64,000 bases of DNA from NCBI GenBank assembly GCA_002633005.1, contig NMRA01000679.1, forward strand, positions 127,801 to 191,800. The letters are read 5' to 3'. Positions within the stretch are counted from its first letter, which is position 1; every line of letters begins with the position of its first letter. Below are positions 27,529-40,420 of this stretch, in pieces. Below the pieces are notes generated by a model. It searched no databases. It saw only the letters and a program-made list of their open reading frames with translations, and had not been told where the DNA came from. This DNA comes from Phoronis australis (Eukaryota; Animalia; Phoronida). The position numbers were made by a program, and so were the translations under genes.

Positions 27529-27815
27529 CTTAAATCCACCATTGTTTTTATCAACAAACACTGCTTCATGTTATCATGGACTATGGATTATGTAACTGCG
27601 TCACTACACATTACAGGGAACAAGATAAAAATAGGAAATAAACCAGCACTTCAGCTGAAAACATTTTATGTGGTGGAATGCCAGTGAAGGCATTACCCTG
27701 CTCACAGCTATCAAGCATTCAATAAGAATCGGGCTTTCTTGACTCTCGAACCCCTCGTTGATACTTCATGAGAATCCCCGATTCCCATGACAAGGAAATT
27801 AAATGCTCAGCTTAC

Positions 27816-27955
27816 TTTTCCATTTGCGCCTCATGACCTTTCCTTTGTTCCTCCAGTATCCTTTCTTTGTTGGCCTGAATCTTCAAGAGCAAGGAGTCAG
27901 TTTGTGAGATGTCCCAGTTAGCAATAAATTCAGTTATCCCATCATTGGAAGCAAT
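27816..27955 (-). CDS. IQANK1: IQANK1-like exon 7 (IASNDGITEFIANWDISQTDSLLLKIQ...EAQME)
   Basis: Acceptor TTCCAG|ATT, donor AA|GTAAGC; 140 nt, phase 0-2. Confidence 0.88.
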
Positions 27956-28234
27956 CTGGAACATACCTTTAATTTATTATACTCCAATAGAAGCCTGAAT
28001 GGTAAATTCTTACCAGCTAACAGCCCATAGTTATTTCATGAGGGAAATAATGATTTGATGGCAAGAAACTGTGAAGGGCATATTGCGCTGTTCTTTAGTA
28101 AACATTCTCGTGTGGTGTGATCCACTCCACTGCATAGGGATGACTGACTTCAAGCACAATGAAAGTTGAATATTTTCATTTTCGTTTTGTGAGTTTTGTA
28201 GAGTGCATTGCTGAATATGTGGGATAAATAGGCC

Positions 28235-29570
28235 ATTGCATATCTTGTGTCGGAAAAAATAATTCGTACAAGCTTTTTGGAACTGTAAAATTGAAATTTT
28301 CATTCTTATAAAAGAACACAAATCAATAAGCGCCAATTCTATTCAGGTGATCGGAATCCGTTATTTGCTTTACTACGCTAGCATAGAGCTCGAAAAGTCG
28401 TTTTTCAGATCGCCATTTACGGTGACAGAAAATTTGGAAATAAACAAGATTTTCCAGTGTGTCGCCAAATGGCGGTAAAATTGTCATAACAGCGGATTTT
28501 CCCAACAAGGTTCTGTTACCCTCAGACTAGTACTACACGACTAAATTTACACAAGTGCGAAGTAAAAGTACTGTGCCGTCCCGTAATCTTGTTACAGCTG
28601 ATTCTGGTGACTGTAGTGTGCAGACAACAAATGACTATGCAGTGCTCCAGTTTGATTGCAACTATTCTCACGTGGCGACGTGCACGCGTGCAATCTTCAT
28701 GTGTTGCAGATGTTACATCATAAGGATTACATTTACGGCCACAGTGGTCCTGTGACATGAGTAGAACTATGTGCGTATTAGCTGTAAAGTTCTGAGTTTA
28801 TAGAGCAATTAATGAGTTGTTTGACGAAATAAATGTTTGAAAAACTAATTCAGGTGTTTTTTATGGTTGGGAATGTTTATGTTCTAGACTCCGCAACCCA
28901 ATGATTTGTCAACGTAAGGTTTAGTGCGGCTGTCTTATTTCTAACGCCTGGCATGGCTAACTTCAGTTGCCATTGCGTGAAACATGCTACGTAATGAAGA
29001 TGAGAATCGGAGCTAAGCGGACATGAGTCAGTCAATCAAAAATTACTGCAACGGCACTGCTCAATATCAAGTATTTATATTTTATGACTGACTTGAGATG
29101 AGTCTAAAGAACCCGTACAGTGGAGGTCCTAGGGAAAAAATACTTCGTACAGTAGGTGGTCGAGCGAAAAATAGTTCGTATACGTATCTTTGTCCGTAAA
29201 AATAACTTGTACACAAATCGCCAATTATACGGTAATCGGTGGTAATTGGTTGCCGTGGTAAGTTAGTAACTTCTAACCAGCAATGCCTACTCAGCCAGTA
29301 TGCGCTAGTTCGGTGTCTGTTGTAATCAACTCGGCACTAGATATTCGCGACCTGAAATTTGGAAATGCTTGCCGAGACTGGTCGTTTCATATCAACTCGT
29401 AACATGCGACCTGGAAATTCCCAAGAATGTGAGCTTAAGCTAGCTTTCGGCAGCAAGTAGATACCTGGCACTTGAGCAAATCTGGCCGTTATTTGGTTGT
29501 TTCCAAATCAAGTTGAACACTTGGCCCTCTTCATTGAGTAGTAAACGTGTTGCGTGAACATGGGATAACG
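28235..29570 (+). mobile_element. CCGTA-TIR non-autonomous element copy B with shared downstream flank
   Basis: Aligns with 21170-22330; ends AATTATACGG|TA at 29232. Confidence 0.6.
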
Positions 29571-30019
29571 TCTTTGGATAATTCAGAACCGATCTTTGAT
29601 GCGTTTCATTGGATGGTGTTTTTCGGCTACTTTTGCAAATCTTTGGATGAGCTGGCAAAAATTCGGATAAATTAAAAACGCCACAGCGATGTTTCATTCA
29701 CAAGTGACCAACTTACCGAATTTGTGATGAAAAAACATTTATTTTTCATGCAAGCTGTCCCGATTAGCCTATTACAATATCCCCAACAATATCATCTCAC
29801 TGCATCTTTTTTAGGCAAGACGGCAAACAAATTCTCCAGCCATATTATACTTTCTGGGGCCGAGGACACGCATATGTATGAGTCACCTGTCACTCACATA
29901 TGTTGCTGTCAATGTAATATGCACTCCAGCGATTCAAGTGTGGAAACATACACGCGCGCTACTTCAACATCGCACATCAAACAAGAATAGCAACAGTGCT
30001 AACTGAGAGAGTATACCTG

Positions 30020-30171
30020 CCCCCCATTCAGTAATGTTAGGACCTCGCTAAAAAGCAAGACTGCGAGATTCTTGACGTGAGATATTGCCGTGTATTTCAA
30101 ATGAGAACACGTGACTTTGGCTAGATTTTAGCTAGGTCCTAGCGTAGGTCCTAGCGTTACTGAACGCACGC
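30020..30171. mobile_element. Small MITE, PIF/Harbinger-like (3-bp CTG flanking repeat)
   Basis: CATTCAGTAATGTTAGGACCT ... AGGTCCTAGCGTTACTGAACG inverted repeats; CTG at 30017-30019 and 30172-30174. Confidence 0.55.
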
Positions 30172-31964
30172 CTGCTTGACTCTGTACCAGATAAGTTTCA
30201 GCGACCCATGTTTTAATTTACTTGACAATGAACTTAGACCCCCTGTGGTTATAAAAGACCAGTTGCTTTGCAATATTCCCAGAACCGCATGGCTCTAAGC
30301 TTGGTATTCCAGGCCCGTAACCACCTTCTAGCTATCTTTTTTTATTCTTCTCTCCGTACAACCCACTAGCGCCAATTTTCATTCCCCGGGTTGCCAATCG
30401 ACCACGTAGATTTTTCAGGATCGATTCTATGGGAAGAATTTTGTTCCTACTGAAGCTGGCCAGTGTAGAAACAAAATTATGGCGGGTGGCTTTACAGGTA
30501 GGTGGAAATTGTATCTACACAGACAGGTCTAGGCGGAGCAGTTTGCCCTAAGAAATTGTATCATTTCTTACTATTGTAGTCATTTAGTTTCTTATTACCG
30601 CAAACATTCATGTATAATATTCGCCTATAACACCTTTGATTTTTAGGAAATACGGTAAGCGCCTACTGCTCTACTAAGCTAAGTTTCGAGAAATTTCAAT
30701 TGAGCACTGGGGCACACAACAAGAACTGCCAATGACATTGGTAAAATCAGCTAATGCAAAACCTGGCTTGCATTTTTTATTACTTCAAGATCAAACACAA
30801 ATACCCAGTAACGTACGCAGCAAATTAACCCTGTAAGGCACACTGTCATTTCCGTCGCCACGGCATCCTTGGTAACCCGGCAAAATACATTTCCAGAAAA
30901 CTAAGTCGCGGGAATTTCATCAAAATAGGGATAATTTGAACCTTTCCGGGAGGTATGAGAATTGTTCAAAATCAGAGAGCTTCCCTTCTAAATCGAATTG
31001 GGAGTGTTGGCAAAACCGCTGTCACATTTTTGTGGCCTGATATTTTCGAATAGTGTTTTATCTAGTGCACTACAGTCGGAAGATAAGTGCAACAGACAAC
31101 ACCGCAAAAAGCAGAGGTTCCGAAGGCGGCGTGGTTCCCTAAGTTTGCGAACATGGAAAGAAAATAAAGTGGCAAAGAGTTCAAGTATTCTATTTTGAAG
31201 TAAATCCATCACCTGGGAAAATAATTTGTTACTTGTTGTTATAATTCACATTGCCAAACCAACGTCTCTATAGGCCGTTGTTGCACTCATTGTTATCATC
31301 GATCTTCATCTCTAATAATTCGAACACTCAACTTTCTTCTCTAGTAGTTCGTATTGCCAATTTTGTCTCTATTAATTTGTACAAGAAGCTCTCAAGGGAA
31401 AAATAGTTCGTACAATAGTGTACAAACCAATAGAGAAAACACCGTATTTACCTTATTTAGACCACTTGTAGGACTTAAGGCAGGTTCTAGATGTGGAAAA
31501 TAACAGCCACGCCAATGAAATAATCTACGTTTATCCTACAGGTGTTATGACATGGTCATGAGATACATGTTATTGAATATTCAGATTTGAAGGACCTACT
31601 TTTCCATATCAAATGTATGTGACACCGAGGAAGATTTACCAAAATCTCACTCGTACCTTGCACAACCAACACCACACACTACTTATTAAAAGAACATGGA
31701 CCAAGTTCAAGGTCTGCAATCACACAGATATTCTATGGAACAATGACAAAACATGAAATTCCAATAAAAAATTCACAAATTATTATTTTCAAGTTTTTTT
31801 GGTCTTTGATACAAGATGTGAAACTTTCAAGTCACCAATTGATGAAATCAAAACTGATCATATTTTTGGAATAAATAATTTAAAGTTATATGACGTCAAA
31901 CTAAACTACTAAAAAAGTAACACCCTCTTCATACTTTTTAAGATAACTTCATGAAGGAATAATA

Positions 31965-33003
31965 AAATGAAAGCACTCAGAGGAGCGACACTTGGCAAAA
32001 TTATCTGAAAAGACGACGATGAAGATGATGACAAAGGTGACGAATGTGATGATGATGGTGGCAATGATGAACAATATAACATTTATATGATAAACGTGGA
32101 TGTCATAAATCAGTAAAAAATAGGCTACAGTCTTGTTCAATAGCAGGTAAACTAACAACAGTGCAGCAAAATCGGTCAACAAAGGTACAGCATTTTCAAA
32201 AAATCTCGAATAATTCCAAAAGTCGAAGTCCCAGCGAAAAATGGAAAATATCTTCAGAAAGCCCGTTTAAAACTCTATCTAACAGTGTAGATTTACAAAA
32301 TTCCTTAAAATTTTTTGAAAATTTAAAAATTTTGCATCAATTTAAAATCCAGTCGAAAATCTCAAAAATGATAAGTCTGAGAAAAACCTGTTACAGGTCA
32401 TATGAAAGAGAATACTTCAAAGAATCCACATGCAAAAATTCACATCATTTCCTCTTCCTGTTCAAAATGGCACCCCCGCCCGACTGAAAATGGGTCAAAA
32501 TGCACCAGATCCACCATCTTGAAAGCAACTTCCGGTAACTCAGAACTAGATAATAACATGTTACAGGAAAGTAACAAGTGAAAAATTTCGAAGCAATTTA
32601 TCCTACAATGTGCCCTCTACAGGACAAAACGTTTTTGTCCCAAAATTGAGGTGCGCATGTGCAATGGTCAATATTTCCGCCATCTTTTACTGGAAGTAAA
32701 TGATTTCCGGTACATTTGTAGTACAGGTCAGCAACATTGGCTGTGCTTATTTTCAATTGTCTACAACCTCTATGAGCATTTGAATCTAAATTCAAAAACA
32801 AAATGACCACCACGTCCGCCATCTTGAATCCGATTGCAACCAAAAACAATAGGGTTCCAGTACATCCAGGACAACAGATGGTGTAAAAATTTTGTGGAAA
32901 TCGGACGCAAAATGCGACCTGTAGAGTGCAAACAAACAAAAAAAGAAACAAACTTAATGTCAGAGCAATACACTTGGAGAAATCCTATTTCGCCCAGTAA
33001 TAA
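31965..33003 (+). mobile_element. HINE/DINE-like element, family 3; truncated copy at 51780-52365
   Basis: 5' AAAGCACTCAGAGGAGCGACACTTGGCAAAAT; (ACAA)n microsatellite; 3' hairpin ACTTGGAGAAAT-CCT-ATTTCGCCCAGT reusing the subterminal repeat; 32410-32990 aligns to 51785-52360. Confidence 0.65.
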
Positions 33004-34335
33004 GACAGTTGTTTCACCACGAGAAAGATTCAAGACATATCTTTTGATATCACATTTGCTAGAAATAGTGTACTGAAAAATGAATTGAACCTGGCGATAA
33101 AGTTAAACAGTTCAAAAACAAATCACAAAATGGCGGCCTGTCATAACTTAACACAAGATTATCCCAACGTTATGCAGTCTGTGGTTTTCGTAAAATTTGG
33201 ATTTCGTTGAATCTGTGGACGAACCAAATGTCTTTGGAATCTCTATTTTTGCGACTTTCGATTCAGAGCCTCGTTGGTTTAAAAGCTTTATTTTGAAATT
33301 CATGTATTCATGGATTTTTGAAATAAGCTTGATATGAGAATCTGTGTCTTAAATTATACTATCAGTACATTTTTGAATTTTTCAAAAACAAATCATTACT
33401 GTTCAGCTTATGAATAAAATAACTGAAGAGGCATTACTTTTTTGTGTAGTTTACATGGTCTCTTTTAGTTATTCACTGTTAGCCATGCAAGAAAATTCAT
33501 CATAAACATCATGTGCATGAAAATTTTCAACAAACGTCTTTGTGACATAAGTCACACAATCTGCGATAAACATTAGCTATTGCATAATTTTGATGACAAA
33601 TAACACAAAAACAATTACAGCAATCCATCTAAACCCACTTCTCTAAAGAATTCTCAGAGGCATATCATTAAATAATTTAACAAACAATGTTTATAAAATG
33701 TTTTGCCTGTTGCGCTTCACAAACCTCAATACCATAGTCACTGATACAAAGTGTATGTTCAAACAATGCAAGCTGCAGTGACCAGATTTGTTAAAATTAA
33801 TTTGGCATTCAGAATACCACATGGGAATCAAATCAATGATTGTTCTTGAATCAAATAACTAGTTGGCTTTAGGTGAGGACTATAAACTAACCCAGCAGTG
33901 TTACAGTCAGCCATCTATTGGGTGGTGCTGAATGACACTTAACTATGTGTGGTCCCTTCACAGCCTATTTTATGAGGTACGCATTTTTAAAGTTTCATCA
34001 CATAAATGTATGGTACTGATTAGCCTGTTCAAAACCTCGATTTTCATTTAGTATCATCCAACAAAAAGTGAGTCAGTTGTGTGATAGCACATGATGGCGC
34101 GCAACAACATTAAACTTGTATCCTGGAGTGCATACCTAACAAACTCAAGGAGAAAATACAAGCAAAATGTCCAATGCAAGCAAGTGTCCATATCCTTAGT
34201 ATGTTCGTGTCAATACTACTCCGATTTCCTACTAGAAATGGATGTATCTTCAAAATAATTTCATTCTGCAATCACCACAGCTACATAGTAAGGTACAATC
34301 ATATTAAAATTCTTAAATTTAAAAATCTCACGTAC

Positions 34336-34398
34336 CTGTTCAGGTGTTTGACCATCAGCTGCATAAATTCGAGGATCACCACCAGCTTGCAACAATGT
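34336..34398 (-). CDS. IQANK1: IQANK1-like exon 6 (TLLQAGGDPRIYAADGQTPEQ)
   Basis: Acceptor CTGCAG|ACA, donor CAG|GTACGT; 63 nt; completes the ankyrin repeat. Confidence 0.9.
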
Positions 34399-35166
34399 CT
34401 GCAGTAAAACAAGGAATAGTTGTAATTTTTACAAGTGGTGAGTGAGAATCCCAAAACTCCAAGCCATGGTATTAGGCATTCAGATGTCTTATTTACATTT
34501 CAGCAAACAAATGTAGTGCAACGCTCATACATCAATGGAGGCTCTTAAAACAAAAAGCACTTAATGATTTACGTTATTTTTAAAGTGGTCAGTACTTACA
34601 GAAACAGCATTGTGTCACACATTTTGTTTAAGAATTAAACTAGCTTGGAAGAATCTGTAGTAATAGAGGCTGAATCAGAAGCCTTAGTTCCTACAATGTA
34701 TATGTAAATTTAGTGGGTCAAACCATGGTGCAGTCCGCAAGACATCTGGGCATCACCCAAAAAACAAAATACTGTGAAATGTAGTGCATTAGTTGAAAAT
34801 TATCAAACACCGAAAATTATGAATCAAATCAACACACAGTGCTAGCAATACATAAACAAACAACAGTTTTTCAATAAATTTGGCTGCTAATCGATCGCTG
34901 AGATGGGTGTCATTTTTTTACTTTCTGGTACAGATTTGGATCGCTTTTTCACAATTTATTATAAAATTGTGGTGACAGTTTAAGGTTACAAAAGTAGGTA
35001 TAAAAATGGGGAGATGACAGTTTTGCTTGGAACACATTTTGGTTGGACAATTCTCTGTACTGTATGAATACTGATGTGACTTTAAAGAAGGCAAATCTAC
35101 TTATCTCAACTAGCATCTAATTGTTTGTACACTAGTGTACAAACTATTTTTCCCCGATATACACAC

Positions 35167-35291
35167 CTGAACTGCATCTAAATGGCCGGCAAAAGCTGCT
35201 CTGTAGAGGGGTGTTCGTCCAAACTGTCCCACAGTGTTGATATTGGCCCCTTTTTCCAACAGAAGTGTGATTGTGTCCACATGACCACCAC
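35167..35291 (-). CDS. IQANK1: IQANK1-like exon 5, ankyrin repeats (GGHVDTITLLLEKGANIN...GRTPLYRAAFAGHLDAVQ)
   Basis: Acceptor TTCCCTTCAAG|GT, donor CAG|GTGTGT; 125 nt; canonical ankyrin consensus. Confidence 0.92.
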
Positions 35292-37029
35292 CTTGAAGGG
35301 AAACAACTCTAAACACAAACAGTCATTACCAGTGGGCCCAGGCCCCCAATTGGCTGCCGTGGAAAAAATAAAAGAGCAAGAGCGTGAGGAAACATTGAGT
35401 TCATTAATAAATCCTGGTAATTAACATGCGGCTGAGGGTGGGATAAGATCCGATTGCAAGTGCCCGACTCAGCCGACCTGCACAATCTTTTCCCGTTTTT
35501 TTTGTGTTTTAGTAGAAGGTCCAGAAATTCGAGCCCTCTTTCAGGCTGGGTGAGCGCATGCACTTGTCCGAGACAACATATTGCCCCCCCTTATGATATC
35601 CTAGATCCGCACCTTGAAAAGAAAACCTGTCAATGACAAGTCTCAAACAGTAATTGACACGACAAATTATGCATTGAAAATTGGTAAAATTAGTAATGAA
35701 TTGGGAGATTCACATAATTTGAAAATAACAATTTTACACCTTGAGTTCAAATTACATGTTTGAGACAGCTCAACTCGATCCGGTTTTAAGCCTTGCGTAA
35801 TTAATGTCGTTGGACCGGCTCACACCACATCGCCAGTGTAAAAAGTAATTGCGAGACTTGGTCATGTTTGTCGCCGAAATAGTCTTCTAGTCGTTGGCAT
35901 GGTCAATTGCAAACAACAAGTAGCAGCACCTACACGAGATCTCGCTAAGAAGCGAGAAATCGCCATTACCAAGACCGCTGACTCCCTTACACAACTGAAC
36001 ATTTCGCTGTGGTAAAAGAGTGATTTCAGAGGTAGTGACAGACACGAAATAGAACATTCGCTTGCTATTTTTAGGCCTCCGAATCGAAGTAAGAATGACA
36101 TTTGCGGCACGGCTTGATTTGACCTAACTGTGATTCAACACTCGAGTAGGTTTGACAAAATAAATTTTCATTGTCAAGTTGTGAAAACATTCACCACATT
36201 GGTGAATGGAATTAGCTATGTCGTCACCATTGCCACTCAGAATTCACCAATGGCGAGCTGAAATGTGGCTAGCACAAGCTTAGCCTTCTCATCAGGAACA
36301 CACCTGGGGTTTGGATGTACAGCAGTGGATGCCGGATTGTAGACCAATAGGGATTATGGCATAATGTGCCCACATAGTTATATAAAGAGGTAAGAAACAT
36401 GAGATTGGGTGAGCTCTGTCGAGACTTCTGTTACGTTCGAGACATAATATAGTTTGTACGATCTAATTCCCAATTCTTGAAACAGTGTTAAAAATAAATT
36501 GTAGTAAATCAGAAAATAAACATCCTGTAATCGAACTTCTGAAGTTTCTAAAGTGAGTCTCAGTCCTGCTGACAGCCCAGCATGCGCACTGTCATAAGTG
36601 ATGATCAGTTCTAAGGAAGTGACCTTCACACTGTATAGCTGTACATATAACACTCTCAATGGAGCCCCATTTAACTAAAAAGGGCATGCCCAGCTCACAA
36701 AACAAGGGATTCACTGCGAATTCTGTAGGTCAAACTGATGGAAGCAAACTACTTTTTGAAAACATTTTGTTCTATATGTGTTGCCTTACATAGAAAATGA
36801 CTTCATCAGTAGGTAAAAATGTACTCACGAAATTTAGCCATTGCTTAGACCCCCAAAGTAAAAACTTCCATTTAACTGAAGCTAGTTGACCTTAAATACA
36901 CTGTATAGAAAATTTTGAAAAATTGTTAAATTCACATGTGCATGAACAGTGACAAAAAAAAAATACTCATGACAAAGCTATTTCAGCGCATACTAAGGCC
37001 TGTATCGAGCGGGCATCCATGCTACTCAC

Positions 37030-37159
37030 TAGCCGCTTCAGACAGTGGTGTGTTCCCATTTGCATCTTCACAATCCAAAGTAGTCAACTGGTGACGCGCT
37101 CTGACAGCTCGACCAATCATGTCGATTTGCACCCCATCACGGTCATCCTGATCTGTCAC
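37030..37159 (-). CDS. IQANK1: IQANK1-like exon 4 (VTDQDDRDG...CEDANGNTPLSEAA), start of ankyrin repeats
   Basis: Acceptor TTTAG|GTG, donor A|GTGAGT; 130 nt; ankyrin DxxGNTPL motif. Confidence 0.9.
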
Positions 37160-38538
37160 CTAAACGATTCAATCAGTTGGATTAAGATATTCCTGATCTG
37201 AATTCAGCTGCAGATTTGCCACTGAACTAAGAAATTCAAGGGTTGAGGTGAAAATGATTCACATATAGTAAATAGGTTCCTTACGTATGGGAGCATTGTA
37301 ACTGGATCTTCTTCTGGGCTGTATGGCTCAAGTACAGACACTGACAAAAAGTATGTTTCTGAGAAAATGTGCTCATAGCAAGAACTGAGAATGTCCATGT
37401 GGTTAATAAGTGAAACAGATTGCCTGCCTTAGCTCGTGATTCATTAAACACAGCGTAAGCACATTGGTATAATGCATAAGACAAACCCATACACCATGAA
37501 TTACAACTTCTTAATGTCGAACTTAAAACTAACCCTCAGATCAATGAAAATGTTAAAGTATACGTTTATGTTCATATATAAGGATATAATCAGTGCTCAA
37601 TGCTAGTTTGACACCAACTCACTGTTTCCTGTTCTCAAAAATTTCGCATATCTCTTCCATTTCTCACTGTAAAAATGTGTCAAAAACTCAATACCTCCTT
37701 CCACTGAAGAACGCAGATGACCAGATACATTGGAGATGCATGTTTCATGGTCCATTTTCTGCAGAACAATTCGAACCTTTGTTTGTTTACTTCCTGTTGT
37801 AATTTAAGCATGTTTGATGTGTGCCGAGTGCTGAGGGTGTTAATTGCACTGACTTCACAAAATAAACATAACGACTGTGAAACAAAGGTATTGAATATAG
37901 GAAAAATGTTAGTTATTTAAAGTTTGGAGGTTGCCACAAATTTTGAAATGAATTTTGAGGGAATTATTGCCTGACTTTGATACTCGCTATGGCAACTTCT
38001 TGGCAACTTGGGAATTTCCCCATGTTACTAAACACAATCTTAAGGTTACTGCAAACCTTGTTTACCAGTTTGTACTGAGGTGCAAATATCTTAAATTCTG
38101 TTAGCTCTAACCCCTACAAAGTAAAAATTTTCTAAAAGGTGAATAAATTTCCTAACAAAATCAAATTTATTATTCTTATTTACTTGTCTCTGTTTTATTT
38201 TTCCCAAAATATGCATTTTTAGTAGCTTTTAAAAATATTGTTCCTCCAATCATATTGGTCTTATAAACATGTTGATAACGACATTTTCAAGGGAACAGAG
38301 TCTCATATTTTTGAAATAGGTCTCAGTTTTTTAAATATCCACTTTTTAGAGCATTTGAACAAAAAGTTTGGAGGTCGCCACAAATTTTGAAATGAATTTT
38401 GAGGGAATTATTGCCCGACTTTGATATTCGCTATGGCAACTTTGTGGAAACTTGGGAATTTCCCCATGTTACTAAACACAATCTCAAGGTCACAGCAAAC
38501 CTTGTTTACCAGTTTGTACTGATGTGCAAATATCTTAA

Positions 38539-40420
38539 GGTAGGTGGATACACAAAAAAAAATAATTTTGACTGTTTTTTACATTTTTATATGTCATCCT
38601 AATCTTTAATTCTTGATGCACAGTATACTGAAGAAAAATAAAATCATTCTGAAAATCCAAAGTTATTTTTTTAGCTATATTTGACCAAGCCTCAGTAAGT
38701 CATATGGCTTGAGGGCTCACCAGCTCAGTGATTGACAACTGGGGCGGAGCTTATATACAAGGACACTAGCTCTAATTTAACCCTGTCAACAAGCATTGCG
38801 TAACCGGGCAATGGAGAGTGATGTACCAGCTGATATTGGTGTTGTAGCAAGACCAAGAATAAAACAATTCTATTTTTGACCATGTGAAAGTTGGTAGTGA
38901 AATGGTGAACTAGCTCCTGTTCAGAGCCTGAGCCTGTTTGGCTATCTGCAAAAAAATTAAGTTGAGTACGCCAAGCCCTACCGAAGCCATCACTGCACTC
39001 AGCTTGAGGAGTCCGTGCAGAAATTGTGCATGTATAAGAAGTCGGTAATATAAGGTCAGGTGTCTTGCGAGAGGACGCGCGCGCGACACATGGACAACTA
39101 CATGCCGTCAGAGTAGAGTCTTCGCAGATAAACCGTGCTTCTGTGCTGGGAACGCGCCGTGGAGAAACTAGGCTGTCTAACCCAGAGGATTTTTAACTTG
39201 CCACTGGCCGTAACCCAAAGAATTAGATAAATGACCCAGTGTTCAACATAACAAAAAATTTTCTAGTGCATAGATTCAAATGTAACCCTGAATTAAAACT
39301 CATGATATTATACGATTTTAGAGGAAAGCAATATAAGAAACTATAGTAACTTGAGAATCTCACCCAAGCGGCGCTATTTGCGCAGAAAGTGATATTTTCT
39401 TATCCCAAAGTCCATTCGGTACAGGCACGTAAAAATGTTGAACCATTTCTATGAAAGTAGTTCTTTATCCTCGTCGCCAATATTGTTATGTAGGCAGTAA
39501 CACGGCGATTTGATATAACACATATATTGGTTGATGATAATATTGGAATACTAACAAATAGGTCTGTGTAATATAGTTAGAGAGTCTTTTACAAACTGAG
39601 TGGAGAGTTCAGATGAATCGTATAAACAATCAACACATGGTTTTAATGTGTGGTTGGCATACCAGTACAGCAGACAATAGATCAACGCTAAGCTCCGCCC
39701 ACGTGACAGCCATATTTGTTTTGGTCGTCTGTCGTGCTTCACAAGTTCGAAAAAATGATTAAAATTACGCTGTAAACAAACAAGTATGTCACATTTTCTA
39801 AATATGAAGTAAATATCAGCTTTATTTCTAGTACTTCAACAAAAAATTGGAACATAATGACCACGCATTCTAAACAAAATTTGATCTCAAGTGGCAATCG
39901 ATGACCGCTTAACGTTTTTCTCGGCTCGTGATTTCAGGATAGTGACAAGATTCTGGGGCCTATTTTTCCACAACACGTGGGTCAATTTTTACGAAAGTTG
40001 AAAATTTGAAACCCTCTAGGACTGAAGTAAAATCGCGTGCCAGGGTTTTTTGATAAATGGACCAGATTTTTAGTTATTAAACGGAAAGTGACCAAATGAC
40101 AAAAAGTGGCGTGCTTGCCCCAACTCACACAAAAAAATGCCACAAAATCAAGATCATGATGATTTTGTACATATATTTGGTTTGGATAAGTAGAATATTG
40201 CGTAAGGAAACAGTTGATGATGATCCCTGAGCATTGAAAAAAATTCGAGGTAAAATTGGATTTTTTGAAAATTAAAAAATACGATTTAAAAAAAACGAAC
40301 TACAAAAAAACTTTTTTTTTCGATTTTTGTCACTTTCAGAGTCATGTCTAACTAGTTAAAACTCCCTTTTTACTCATTTTAGTTAGGAACCTGGAGATTT
40401 GATCAGTGTATACACCTACC
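38539..40420. mobile_element. Kolobok-like non-autonomous transposon (1.9 kb), TTAA TSD
   Basis: TTAA|GGTAGGTGGATACAC ... GTGTATACACCTACC|TTAA; the empty site ATATC-TTAA-ATTCTG is visible in the neighbouring tandem unit at 38086-38100. Confidence 0.85.
39419..39670 (-). mobile_element. Truncated Gypsy remnant: LTR (39484-39664) + PBS + first gag codons, related to element 41268-45529
   Basis: Minus strand TGGTATGCCAACCACAC...CCTACATAACA, then TGGCGACGAGGATAAAG, then ATGGTTCAACATTTTTACGTGCCTGTA (MVQHFYVPV vs MAQHFHVPV). Confidence 0.8.

Noticed and set aside
31949-32182. Hydrophobic 77-aa ORF resembling a membrane protein
   Set aside because: Produced by a degenerate (GAT)n microsatellite inside a HINE element.
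36429-36652. Possible solo LTR (TGTTA...TAACA with AATAAA)
   Set aside because: No matching target-site duplication and no second copy in the window.
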